This document shows, piece by piece, positions 1 through 8,984 of a stretch of 64,000 nt of DNA. Below the pieces are notes generated by a model, which was given only the letters and a program-made list of their open reading frames with translations, was not told the origin of the DNA and did no database searches. Positions within the stretch are counted from its first letter, which is position 1. Each line of letters begins with the position of its first letter. The translations under genes were made by a program, and so were the position numbers. The stretch covers positions 480,001 through 544,000 of the forward strand of contig CAWEYG010000002.1 of assembly GCA_963813155.1 (NCBI GenBank), written 5' to 3'. The DNA is from an uncultured Acidobacteriota bacterium (GTDB lineage Bacteria > Acidobacteriota > Thermoanaerobaculia > UBA5066 > DATFVB01).

Positions 1-288
1 GGGGACGAGGAGTCTGAGCTTCTCCAGACGGTCGAGGAGGGCCTCGTCCGCGGAGAAGAAAACGTCCACCGGCGCCGAGGCCTCGATCTGGCGCTCGAGA
101 ATGCTCGACGCGCCGAAGTTGAAATTCACGAGGTCCGGAGAACGCGTCTCGTAGATCTTTCCGATCTCGCCGAGCGCGTCGGTGAGGCTCGCGGCGGCGC
201 TGACGATCAGGGTCTCGGCGCGGGCGGCGAAAGCGCAAAGAATCGCGGTCAACGAGAACAGGAACGCCCCGAAAAATCGCACTCGCAC
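1..288 (-). CDS. modA: Molybdate ABC transporter periplasmic binding protein (5' part; runs off window start)
   Basis: My translation of the minus strand from GTG 288: signal peptide, then VSAAASLTDAL...NFGASSILERQIEASAPVDVFFSAD, the typical ModA N-terminus. Adjacent to modE. Confidence 0.9.
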   Translation of the reverse strand, partial: MRVRFFGAFLFSLTAILCAFAARAETLIVSAAASLTDALGEIGKIYETRSPDLVNFNFGASSILERQIEASAPVDVFFSADEALLDRLEKLRLLVP

Positions 289-311
289 GACGGTGCGAGC
301 AGAACACGATG

Positions 312-335
312 CGATATCTTTCGTCAAGTATAACG
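312..335. promoter_or_regulatory. Probable ModE operator
   Basis: CGATAT-N12-ATAACG directly upstream of modA matches the CGnTAT-N12-ATAnCG ModE box. Confidence 0.75.
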
Positions 336-337
336 GC

Positions 338-697
338 TCAGGGGCGCAGCAGGACCTGCAGCCGTTTCCAGGCGGGAGTGCACGCCCGCAGGCTTGCCTT
401 GTCCATCGATCGATAGAGCGCGAGCACGCGCTTTCCGAGCAGCGTCAGGCGGGCCCCGCCGCGCGTCTTCCCCCCTCGCGAGAGCTCCACGAGAGGCCCG
501 CGGAAGCTCTCGTTCATCATCCGGACGAGTTTCCATGCCCGCATGTACGACATGCCGACCTCGTCCGCCGCGCTCGTGAGCTTCGAGGTTCGCCCGATGG
601 CCTCCAGCAGATCGGCCTTTCCCGGCCCGAGGGCGATCTCGCCGCCGCGCAGGACCCGGAGGCGGGGATGCAGGCTCCCCTTCGTGCTGTCGGCCAT
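338..697 (-). CDS. modE: ModE-type winged-helix regulator (N-terminal domain only, no molybdate-binding mop domains)
   Basis: IALGPGKADLLEAI...SAADEVGMSYMRAWKLVRMMN...RGGKTRGGARLT. Confidence 0.85.
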   Translation of the reverse strand: MADSTKGSLHPRLRVLRGGEIALGPGKADLLEAIGRTSKLTSAADEVGMSYMRAWKLVRMMNESFRGPLVELSRGGKTRGGARLTLLGKRVLALYRSMDKASLRACTPAWKRLQVLLRP

Positions 698-728
698 GCG
701 CGAATGTTATAAGTTCTGCCCTCACGCC

Positions 729-1787
729 ATGAAATCGCGGCCGGTTCGGATCGTCAGGCGCAGGGTTCTTCTCGCGCGGCTCGGCGCGGCGGCGCCCGCG
801 GTCTTCGGCGCGGCCCTGCTGCTGTTCGCGCTGTGGCCCTGGATCGCTTCGCGGCGCCCGCGGGGTCGCACGATCGTCTTCTACGGGTTCAGCATTCTGG
901 GCGACGCGATGAACGACGGCATCTTCCCCGCTTTCCAGAAGTCGTGGCAGGAGAAAACCGGCGAGCGCGTGGACTTCATCGGCTCCTACGGGGGCTCGGG
1001 GACGGTGACGAACCAGATCGTGCTCGGAGCCCCCGCCGACGCGGCGGTCGTCGCGCTCGAGCCGGACGCGGAGAGACTCGCCGCCGCCGGCGCGACGCCC
1101 CCCGGGAGCTGGCGAGACCTTCCGTTCCAGGGCATCGTGAACCGGACCCCGTTCGTGATCCTCGTCCGCCCCGGGAATCCCCTGGGAATTCGCGATTTCG
1201 CGGATCTCGCCCGGCCCGGAATCCGCATCGTGCATCCCGATCCGCTGACATCCGGGGGAGCGAATTGGGCGATCCTCGCCGAATACGGCGCGGGCATGCG
1301 GAGGGAGCCCCGGCTTCCCTCGGCCGGCTTCGACCTCCTCCTGGGAATCTGGCGCAACGTCATCGCGCAGGCGTCTTCGGCACGCGCGGCGCGGACCCAG
1401 TTCGAGAACGGGTTCGGAGACGCGTTGATCACGTACGAGCAAGAGGCGATCTGGGACCGTTCCCGCGGAAAGCTCAAGTCGGAAGTCGTCTACCCGAGGT
1501 CGACCATTTTGAGCGAACATACGTTCGTCTTGATCCACCGCAACCTGACCGGCCAGCGCCGCGACCTCGCCGAGAGCTTCGCCCGTTTTCTGTGGTCCGA
1601 AAGCGCTCAAAGGATCTTCGTTCATTACGGGTTCCGGAGCGTCTTCGAACCGCTGAACGACAACCCCGGGTTCGGCAGGATCGAAGACCCGTTTCGGGTC
1701 GGAGATCTCGGCGGCTGGAGAAAGGCGAAAAAGGAAATCGTCGAGGGCGTCTGGCGGAACCGCGTGCTCAAGGAAATTCACCGATGA
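729..1787 (+). CDS. Sulfate/thiosulfate-type ABC transporter substrate-binding protein (Sbp/CysP family)
   Basis: SYGGSG, VRPGNPLGIRDFADL, PDPLTSGGANW and GFGDALITYEQEA motifs; start placed at ATG 729. Confidence 0.85.
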   Translation: MKSRPVRIVRRRVLLARLGAAAPAVFGAALLLFALWPWIASRRPRGRTIVFYGFSILGDAMNDGIFPAFQKSWQEKTGERVDFIGSYGGSGTVTNQIVLGAPADAAVVALEPDAERLAAAGATPPGSWRDLPFQGIVNRTPFVILVRPGNPLGIRDFADLARPGIRIVHPDPLTSGGANWAILAEYGAGMRREPRLPSAGFDLLLGIWRNVIAQASSARAARTQFENGFGDALITYEQEAIWDRSRGKLKSEVVYPRSTILSEHTFVLIHRNLTGQRRDLAESFARFLWSESAQRIFVHYGFRSVFEPLNDNPGFGRIEDPFRVGDLGGWRKAKKEIVEGVWRNRVLKEIHR

Positions 1788-2617
1788 GAAATTCCGGCTC
1801 GCCCCTGCACCCGACCCGCGCCGCGCCGGTTTCGCTTCTCGTTCTCGTCCTTTTTCCGCTTCTTCTGATGCCGCTCGGCGCCGTGTTCGTCTTCGCGTTC
1901 CGAGGTGGCCCGGCCGCATTTCTCGCGGCGATCCGGTCGCCCGACGCTCTCTTCGCGCTGCGTTTCAGCGTCCTCATCGCCTTTGGAACGGCAGCGGTCA
2001 ACGCCGTGCTCGGGACCTTCGCCGCGTACGTGCTCGGCAAGTTCAATTTTCCCGGGAGACGGCCGCTCGGCATCGTCGTCAACCTGCCGGTCGCGATTCC
2101 GACGGTCGTCGTGGGGACGTCGCTCCTGCTCCTGTGGGGGCCGATCGGCTGGCTCGGGAAGCTCCTGGGACCGTTCGGCGTGAGGCCGATGTTCGCGCCC
2201 GCCGGCATTCTTCTCGCCCACATCTTCGTGACGTTTCCGTACATGGTGGGAGCCGTCAAGCCCCTTCTGGACGAGCTGGAGGGCGGCTACGAGGAAGCCG
2301 CGTACACGATCGGCGCGAGCCCGTTCCAGACTTTCCGCCACGTCCTTCTGCCGGCGCTCAAAGGCGGACTGATGAGCGGAATTCTGCTGACCTTCGCGCA
2401 CTCCCTCGGCGAGTTCGGCGCGACGGTCCTCGTTTCCGGAAACCTCCGGCTCCGCACGCAGACGGCTCCCCTCTACATTTTCGCGCAGTTCGAAGCCGGC
2501 AAGATCGCCGAGGCGAACGCGGTCGCCGCCGTGCTCGCCGCGCTCTCGTTCGTGATCTTCTTTTTCCTCCTGAGCTTCGGAAATCTCGGCCTGACCGTCG
2601 GGGAAAAGAAGAACTGA
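1784..2617 (+). CDS. Sulfate ABC transporter permease (CysT/CysW family)
   Basis: ATGA overlap with the upstream gene; NLPVAIPTVVVG, EEAAYTIGAS EAA loop, SLGEFGA. Confidence 0.9.
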   Translation: MRNSGSPLHPTRAAPVSLLVLVLFPLLLMPLGAVFVFAFRGGPAAFLAAIRSPDALFALRFSVLIAFGTAAVNAVLGTFAAYVLGKFNFPGRRPLGIVVNLPVAIPTVVVGTSLLLLWGPIGWLGKLLGPFGVRPMFAPAGILLAHIFVTFPYMVGAVKPLLDELEGGYEEAAYTIGASPFQTFRHVLLPALKGGLMSGILLTFAHSLGEFGATVLVSGNLRLRTQTAPLYIFAQFEAGKIAEANAVAAVLAALSFVIFFFLLSFGNLGLTVGEKKN

Positions 2618-4476
2618 TGTCGATCTCCCTCGACCGCCTTTCCAAACGGTTCGGGAATCTGCCGATCGTCGACCAGGTGTCCCTCGACATCGACGAAGGA
2701 GAGCTTTTCGTCCTGCTCGGCTCGTCCGGAAGCGGAAAGAGCACGATCCTGCGCCTGATCGCCGGGCTCTCGCGCAGCGACGGGGGAAGGATCCTCATTC
2801 ACGGCCGCGATGTCGGCGGCCTTCCTCCCCAGAAGCGCGGAACGGGGTTCGTCTTCCAGAACTACGCGATCTTCCGCCACATGACCGTCGCCCGGAACGT
2901 GGAGTTCGGTCTCCGGATCCGCAGAGTCCCGGCCGCCGAGCGGGCGAAAAAGCGCGAAGAGCTGCTCGATCTCGTGGGGCTCGTCGGACTCGGCAACCGC
3001 TATCCCCACGAGCTCTCGGGCGGGCAGCTCCAGCGCGTCGCGCTCGCGCGGGCGCTCGCGTATTCGCCGGGAGTGCTGCTGCTCGACGAGCCTTTCGGCG
3101 CCCTCGACGCGAAGATCCGCGGCCAGCTGCGGCGTCATCTTCGCGAAATCCAGAAGCAGCTCTCGGTCACGACCCTTCTCGTCACGCACGACCAGGACGA
3201 GGCGTTCGAGCTCGGCGATCGGATCGGCGTTCTCGAGCGCGGCCATCTCCTCGAAGCGGGCCGTCCCGAGGACCTCTACGTCCGGCCGAAGAGCCTCTTC
3301 GTCGCGACGTTCCTCGGAGCAGGAACGGTGCTCGCCGGGCGCGCGGAAGGCAATCAGGCGAACCTCGGCGATTTCACGCTTCCGATCCCGCCCGACATCC
3401 CGCACGAAACCGGCTCGCGGGTGCGCGCGCTCTTCCGGCCGGAGAACGTGTCTCTCGCCTCCGACCCGGCGCGCGTCGAGGGAACTCTGATCGGGGAGGC
3501 CACGGTCTCGGAGGAGAGCTTCGCGGGGAGCTCCCGGAGAATTCGCCTCCGGCTCCCGCGCCGGCCCGCGGTGCGCCAGGTCGCGCCGCCGGTGCCGTTC
3601 GGCGAGGAAGGCCTGCTGCTCGACGCGCTCGTACCCGCGGATTTTCCCGAGCACGGCCCGTCCCTGTGGGTCGGGCTGCGCAGCTGGCAGATCCTCCAGC
3701 GGCCCTCGCCCCGGGTCCTGATCGTCGCGTCCGAATCAGACAGAGTCGAGTCTCTCGCCGCCGCGGCCGCGCTCTCCGCCTCCATCGGCGGAATCGCGAC
3801 GGTCCTCGGGGTCGCCGAGGAACCGGAGACCGTCGACGGCCTGCGTGAATCCCTGAAGACCCGGTCGGAAACCGCGGGGCTCGAACGCGCGGAGGTGAAG
3901 GTCCGCACCGGAAGGTTCGCGGAGCAGATCATCGCCGAACAGGTCGAATCGCTCTACGACCTGCTCGTGATCGACCCCTTTCCGGAAGGGCGCAAGCATT
4001 CCGTGCGATCCCGGGCCGCGACCTCGCGACTCCTCGAGGCCTCGGGGACTCCCGTGCTCGTCCTGCGCGGACCCTGGCGGCCGCCCGCGCGGGTTCTCGC
4101 GTGCACGGCCGTCGGCGAGCCGGGGAAAACCGTCGTCCGCGTCGCGGGCTGGCTCGCGCGGGGTCTCGGCGCGCGGGTCACCCTGCTGCACGTCTCCCGC
4201 GAAGCCGGCGAGCCCGGCGAGTTCGTCCGGGCGCACCTCGCGCGCGGGGTCGCGGCGGTCCGCTCTTTCGAAGTGGAGGCGGAGGCCCGCGTCCGTAGCG
4301 CGCGCGTTCCGGCCGAGGGAATCCTCGCCGAGGCAAAGGATTGCGGCGCGGGGCTGATCGCGATCGGGGGCCACGGTCCCCGCGTACGCTCGATCTTCGG
4401 CCGCGACGACGTCACGATGCAGATCCTCGCGACCGCCCCGACGCCGGTCCTGGTCGTGCCCGAAAGCGCGTGGTAA
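2617..4476 (+). CDS. CysA-like ABC ATPase fused to two C-terminal universal-stress-protein-like domains
   Basis: Walker A GSSGSGKS, LSGGQLQRVALARAL, LLLDEPFGALD. The C-terminal part has USP-type motifs ending TPVLVLR and LIAIGGHG...TPVLVVP. Confidence 0.85.
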   Translation: MSISLDRLSKRFGNLPIVDQVSLDIDEGELFVLLGSSGSGKSTILRLIAGLSRSDGGRILIHGRDVGGLPPQKRGTGFVFQNYAIFRHMTVARNVEFGLRIRRVPAAERAKKREELLDLVGLVGLGNRYPHELSGGQLQRVALARALAYSPGVLLLDEPFGALDAKIRGQLRRHLREIQKQLSVTTLLVTHDQDEAFELGDRIGVLERGHLLEAGRPEDLYVRPKSLFVATFLGAGTVLAGRAEGNQANLGDFTLPIPPDIPHETGSRVRALFRPENVSLASDPARVEGTLIGEATVSEESFAGSSRRIRLRLPRRPAVRQVAPPVPFGEEGLLLDALVPADFPEHGPSLWVGLRSWQILQRPSPRVLIVASESDRVESLAAAAALSASIGGIATVLGVAEEPETVDGLRESLKTRSETAGLERAEVKVRTGRFAEQIIAEQVESLYDLLVIDPFPEGRKHSVRSRAATSRLLEASGTPVLVLRGPWRPPARVLACTAVGEPGKTVVRVAGWLARGLGARVTLLHVSREAGEPGEFVRAHLARGVAAVRSFEVEAEARVRSARVPAEGILAEAKDCGAGLIAIGGHGPRVRSIFGRDDVTMQILATAPTPVLVVPESAW

Positions 4477-4486
4477 CGTTCGGGAA

Positions 4487-5626
4487 ATGAGCTTCCCGAT
4501 CAGCCGAAGAGATTTCCTGGGCGTCGCCGCCGGCGCCGCGGTCTTTCCGGCGGCCGCCGCGGCCGCGATCGCGGGGCGGCCTTCCCGGCGCCTCCTCCAG
4601 ATGAACGGCTACGCGACTGACGCGGAGTCTCCGCTCGATCTCCTCGCCGACTATCGGACGCCGAACGAGATTTTCTTCGTGCGGCACCACTGGATTCCGA
4701 AGATGCCCGACCTCGCCGCGTGGAAGCTTCGCATCGAAGGCGACGTCTCGGCGCCTCTCGATCTCTCGCTGCAGGAGATCCGCCGGCTCCCCGCCGCGAA
4801 CGCGACCTGCGTGCTCCAGTGCGCCGGCAACGGCCGCGCGCTCTACAAGCCGGTCGTCCCCGGCGTCCAGTGGAAGTACGGAGCGGTGGGAAACGCGCGC
4901 TGGACCGGCGCGAGGGTCCGGGACGTGCTGGAGAAAGCCGGATTGAAGGGCACCGCCCGATACCTCCACACCTTCGGGTCCGACGATCCCCCGGGGAAAG
5001 TTCCGCCCTTCCACCGAAGCGTCGAAATCGAGAAGGTCCTGCAGGACGGCATCCTTGCGTACGAAATGAACGGGGAGCCTCTTCCTCCGCTCCACGGCGC
5101 GCCGCTTCGCCTGATCGTGCCGGGATGGGCCGGCGACCACTGGATGAAGTGGCTCGTCCGCCTGAGCGCCGAGCCGCGGCCGCAGACCGGCTTCTACATG
5201 GACGTGGCCTACCGCTACCCGAAACAGCCCGGGGCGCCGGGTGTGGCGTTCAAACCGGACGAAATGGAGCCCGTGACCGAGCTCGCCGTCAAATCGAATT
5301 TCGTCGAAGCCCCGCGGCGCGCCCGAACCGGCCGGCCGGCCGTCCTTCGGGGGTTCGCGTTTTCCGGCGCTCCCGACGTCTCCCGGGTCGAGCTCTCCGA
5401 CGACGACGGAAGGACCTGGGCGGCGGCCGAACTGTCTCCCGAGCACGATCCTTTCGCCTGGCGGCTCTGGTCGTATCGATGGACGCCGCGCGCGCGCGGA
5501 AAAGCGACGGTCTGGGTCCGCGCAACCGACAGCCGGGGCTCCGTTCAGCCCCGGGAAGCGGTCTGGAACCAGAGCGGATACCTGTACAACGGATGGCACT
5601 CGGCCGAGATCGAGGTGACGCCGTGA
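4487..5626 (+). CDS. Tat-exported sulfite oxidase family molybdoenzyme (SorA/SoxC-like)
   Basis: SRRDFL Tat motif; FFVRHH, LQCAGNGR (Mo-ligand Cys), MNGEPLPPLHGAPLRLIVPGW, VRATDSRG. Confidence 0.92.
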   Translation: MSFPISRRDFLGVAAGAAVFPAAAAAAIAGRPSRRLLQMNGYATDAESPLDLLADYRTPNEIFFVRHHWIPKMPDLAAWKLRIEGDVSAPLDLSLQEIRRLPAANATCVLQCAGNGRALYKPVVPGVQWKYGAVGNARWTGARVRDVLEKAGLKGTARYLHTFGSDDPPGKVPPFHRSVEIEKVLQDGILAYEMNGEPLPPLHGAPLRLIVPGWAGDHWMKWLVRLSAEPRPQTGFYMDVAYRYPKQPGAPGVAFKPDEMEPVTELAVKSNFVEAPRRARTGRPAVLRGFAFSGAPDVSRVELSDDDGRTWAAAELSPEHDPFAWRLWSYRWTPRARGKATVWVRATDSRGSVQPREAVWNQSGYLYNGWHSAEIEVTP

Positions 5627-6006
5627 AGCGCGGGTCGGCCCTTTTCCTCGCGGCCGCGGCCGGACTGCTCCTCGTCGGAGCCTCCTCCGCGCCGAAGCCG
5701 CTCCGTTCCGGCGCTCCCTTGCCCGAATTCGGCGTACACCTCGCCGAGCTTCCGCCCGGCCAGGGAAAAGCGATCGCGGACCGCGCCTGCCTGCAGTGCC
5801 ATTCGGCCGACATGCTCCGCCAGCAGCGGCTGACGGAGAAACAGTGGACCGCCGAGGTCACGAAGATGGCCGGATGGGGCGCCGACGTCAAAGACGAGGA
5901 AAAAGCCGAGCTGATCGGTTACCTGCTGAAGAATTTCGGAGCGGACGCCGGAGCGTTCCAGCCGGTCGAGACGCGCCCGTTCTCGAAGAGCGCGCCCGCG
6001 CACTAA
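5623..6006 (+). CDS. Small c-type cytochrome (SorB-like partner of the sulfite oxidase)
   Basis: GTG start overlapping the upstream stop; signal peptide; CLQCH haem motif; WTAEVTKMAGWGA. Confidence 0.85.
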   Translation: MKRGSALFLAAAAGLLLVGASSAPKPLRSGAPLPEFGVHLAELPPGQGKAIADRACLQCHSADMLRQQRLTEKQWTAEVTKMAGWGADVKDEEKAELIGYLLKNFGADAGAFQPVETRPFSKSAPAH

Positions 6007-6020
6007 CCAAGGCACACGGG

Positions 6021-6154
6021 CGCGAGCACGCGGGTGGCCCGGGACGAGACCCCCTTTTGCCGCTCGCGGCGCGGAGTCGTAGCAAAGTCATCGAACCGCA
6101 GCGAGCGGAAAAGCGGGGCGAGTCCCGTGACAGGCCCCGCAGTGCTCACGCGCG
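6021..6154. repeat. Long imperfect intergenic palindrome between convergent genes
   Basis: Nested complementary arms gagcac/gtgctc, cgggac/gtcccg, cccc/gggg, ctttt/aaaag, ccgctcgc/gcgagcgg. Confidence 0.7.
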
Positions 6155-6163
6155 GTTACTCGC

Positions 6164-7795
6164 TCAGCGCCGCTTCTTCTTGATCGTCAGCGTCGCCGTC
6201 TTCGTCACACCCGCGTAGGTCGCCGAGATCGTCGCCGTCCCGGAATTCACGATTTTCGACGAGACCGTGAACGTCGCCGACGCCGAGCCCGCCGGAATCG
6301 TCACGCTCGCGGGTACCGTCGCGTCGAGCGTGTTCGAGCTCGCGAGCTTGACCACCGCGCCCGCGCCGGCGGCTCTCCCGTTCAGGGCGACCGTCCCGGT
6401 CGACGCCCCGCCTGGAGCGACAGACGCCGGGTTGAGCGAAAGGGACGCGAGCGCGGCCGGCGTGACCGAGACGCTTGCCTGGCGGGAATCTCCGTTGTAG
6501 CCCGCGAGGACCGTTCCCGGCGCCGGCGAGGCGACCCCGGAGGTCGCGACGGAAAAGCTCGCCGCCGTCGCTCCCGCCGGCACGGTGACGCTCGCGGGCA
6601 CGGAGACGGGGCCCGTCGAAGACAGCGTCACGAGAGCTCCTCCCGCGGGAGCCGCGGCATCGAGGCCGACCCTCCCCGTCGCCGTGTTGCCGCCGACGAC
6701 CGTCGTGGGCGAGATCGAAAGCGAGCTCAGGCGGGCGGGCGTCGACGACGACGGGTTCCATCCGAGCTGGACGACCTCGAAATCGCCCGCCGTCAGGCCG
6801 GAGAAAGCGGGGTTCAGGATGTCGTTGTTCCAATTCACGTCGTAGGTGCCGGTCACGTACATGTCGGAGCCGTTGTCGGCGACGATCAGGCCGTAGCGCT
6901 TCATCGCTCGAAAGATCTTCTGCATTTCGGGCGTGAATCCGGAAATGTCCTTGCCCGCCTTCAAGCGGAGCCGGGCGCCCATCGGAAGCGCGCCGGACGT
7001 CGAGCCCGCGCGGTGAGACGCGGGATACACATAGCCATTCGTCGACCGCACGGTCACCCGGAAAGCATGCCCGATGTCCGCGAGGTTCGTTCCGTAGGCG
7101 TTGTAAACCTCGTCGTAACGGACGAGGCCCGGGACGATCGCGAGGCCCGCGGCGTCCGCCGAAGTCCATCCGTCGGGGCGGCGGCCGTTGGCGGTCATGT
7201 CGAAGAACGCCCCCGACCCGGCCTGCCACCCGCTCCCGTCGAACCACACGTTGTACAGCTCGTAGAGATACCGGTTGTCGCGGTCGAGAATCAGGAGATG
7301 ACGATCCTCGCTGTCCCTCTGATCCACATTGCCCGGTGCGCCGCCCTCGACCCAGTGCGGCTGCGTGATCGCCTCCACCGGAATCGGATAGAACGGAAAG
7401 CTCGTGTTCGTCGAGTGGTCGACGCCGTCGCTCTCGTCGGAGTACTGGAACTCCACGGAAACTTTCGGCTGCGTCCCGTCGACGACGACATACGGCATGC
7501 CATAGACGTCGGTGCTGCCCGGGGAGACGTCCCCCCCGAAGTCGGGATGGAGGTGGCGGGTGCCTCCGTTGTTGATGAAGGCGATGAACGCCGCGGAGGC
7601 CGGATCCACCGGAGCGCCGCTGACGTCGAGATTCCACCAGTTCGTCGGCGGAAAGAGCGGCAACGGCTGAGGAACGGGACCGCCCTCGACCGGCCCGATC
7701 CCGGCGGCCCGCGCCTCGCGGGAAGAGAGGCTCGCGAAGCCGAGCACGATCAGGAAAGAGAGAACGAAGATTCCCGCGCGACGGGCTCTGTCCAT
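6164..7795 (-). CDS. Secreted/surface protein: N-terminal globular domain plus two beta-rich repeats
   Basis: AGGAGG RBS before ATG 7795; signal peptide; two repeats of the form LSISPTTVVGG..ATGRVGL....VPASVTVPAG. Confidence 0.75.
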   Translation of the reverse strand: MDRARRAGIFVLSFLIVLGFASLSSREARAAGIGPVEGGPVPQPLPLFPPTNWWNLDVSGAPVDPASAAFIAFINNGGTRHLHPDFGGDVSPGSTDVYGMPYVVVDGTQPKVSVEFQYSDESDGVDHSTNTSFPFYPIPVEAITQPHWVEGGAPGNVDQRDSEDRHLLILDRDNRYLYELYNVWFDGSGWQAGSGAFFDMTANGRRPDGWTSADAAGLAIVPGLVRYDEVYNAYGTNLADIGHAFRVTVRSTNGYVYPASHRAGSTSGALPMGARLRLKAGKDISGFTPEMQKIFRAMKRYGLIVADNGSDMYVTGTYDVNWNNDILNPAFSGLTAGDFEVVQLGWNPSSSTPARLSSLSISPTTVVGGNTATGRVGLDAAAPAGGALVTLSSTGPVSVPASVTVPAGATAASFSVATSGVASPAPGTVLAGYNGDSRQASVSVTPAALASLSLNPASVAPGGASTGTVALNGRAAGAGAVVKLASSNTLDATVPASVTIPAGSASATFTVSSKIVNSGTATISATYAGVTKTATLTIKKKRR

Positions 7796-7933
7796 GGGCG
7801 CCTCCTCATGAGGGCGGCGCCTTTCGAAGTTCCGCTGCGTTGCTGCTGCGCGGCAACCCAACCGCTCTTCGACGTCTCGCGCCGCCGGTCAGGAGGATCA
7901 TACTCCTCCCGCCGGGTGTCGCGGAAAAGAACG

Positions 7934-8953
7934 CTAGCCGTTGACCTCCACGCGATCGCCCCCGAGCCGCCCGGCGTTTTCCGCCGCGGCCTCCGCGAGG
8001 GCGATCAGCGCCTCCGCGCTGTCGTCGCCCGGTCCGCCGCTCAGGGCGACCCCGAGACTCATCGTCGCCGGGATCGCCCCGGAGGCGAGATCGACGGGCC
8101 GCTCTCCGACGGCCGTCCGAATCCTCGCGGAGGTGAAGACCGCTCCTTCGCGCCCCGTCGAGGGGAGGACCGCGACGAACTGCTCTTCGCCCCCCCGGCC
8201 GATCGCGTCGGAATGACGCACGCAGGAGCGCACGCGCTGCGCGATCTCCGCGAGAAAGGCCTCGCGTTCTCCGGGTTCCTTCGGCTGCCGCTCGGAAAAG
8301 CGGTCGATCTTCGCGAAGAGAACGGCCACGAAGTTCTGCTCGCGGCGAGCCTGGGAGAGCTCCCGATCGAGGATCTCGACGATTCCCCGCCGCGTCCAGA
8401 GGCCCGTCAGCGGGTCCACGAGATGGCGAGCGCCGGCCGTCAGGATCTCCAGCTGCGCGCGTGTGAGACGCGAGACCTGGAGCTCGTCCTGCACGAAGCT
8501 CGCAAGATCGCGCAGCGCCTGAAGGTCGCCGGGCGCCATTTCCCGCGGAGAAACGTCGGCGATCGCGAGCGCCCCCAGCCGGTGCCCGTCGGGAGACTTC
8601 AGCGGATGGGCGGCGTAGAAACGGATGTACGGCGGACCGCCGACCCAGGGATGATCGAAAAATCTCTCGTCCTCGCGGGCGTCGGTGACCACGAGCGTCT
8701 CGTCGGAAAGAATGGCGTGTGCGCAAAAGGAGAGATCCCGCGGCGTTTCCGCGGCCGTGATTCCCTGCCGCGACTTGAACCACTGCCGCTCCTGATCGAC
8801 GAGAGAGACCATCGAGATCGGTACGCCGAACACCCGCTTCGCGACCCGCGTGACGCGATCGAACCGTTCTTCGGCCGGCGTGTCGAGGATTCGGAGAGAC
8901 CGCACGGCGACGAGCCTCGCCTCCTCGTCCTGGGGAAGTGGAGCTTTCTTCAC
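7934..8953 (-). CDS. GAF + degenerate GGDEF domain protein
   Basis: GAF motifs LDTPAEERFDRVT and SFCAHAI; VDPLTGLWTRR; the catalytic motif reads RGGEEQF and AKIDRF replaces DxDxF. Confidence 0.85.
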   Translation of the reverse strand: MKKAPLPQDEEARLVAVRSLRILDTPAEERFDRVTRVAKRVFGVPISMVSLVDQERQWFKSRQGITAAETPRDLSFCAHAILSDETLVVTDAREDERFFDHPWVGGPPYIRFYAAHPLKSPDGHRLGALAIADVSPREMAPGDLQALRDLASFVQDELQVSRLTRAQLEILTAGARHLVDPLTGLWTRRGIVEILDRELSQARREQNFVAVLFAKIDRFSERQPKEPGEREAFLAEIAQRVRSCVRHSDAIGRGGEEQFVAVLPSTGREGAVFTSARIRTAVGERPVDLASGAIPATMSLGVALSGGPGDDSAEALIALAEAAAENAGRLGGDRVEVNG

Positions 8954-8984
8954 GACTTTCCGTCATTCTAGCAGATCGTCGCCG

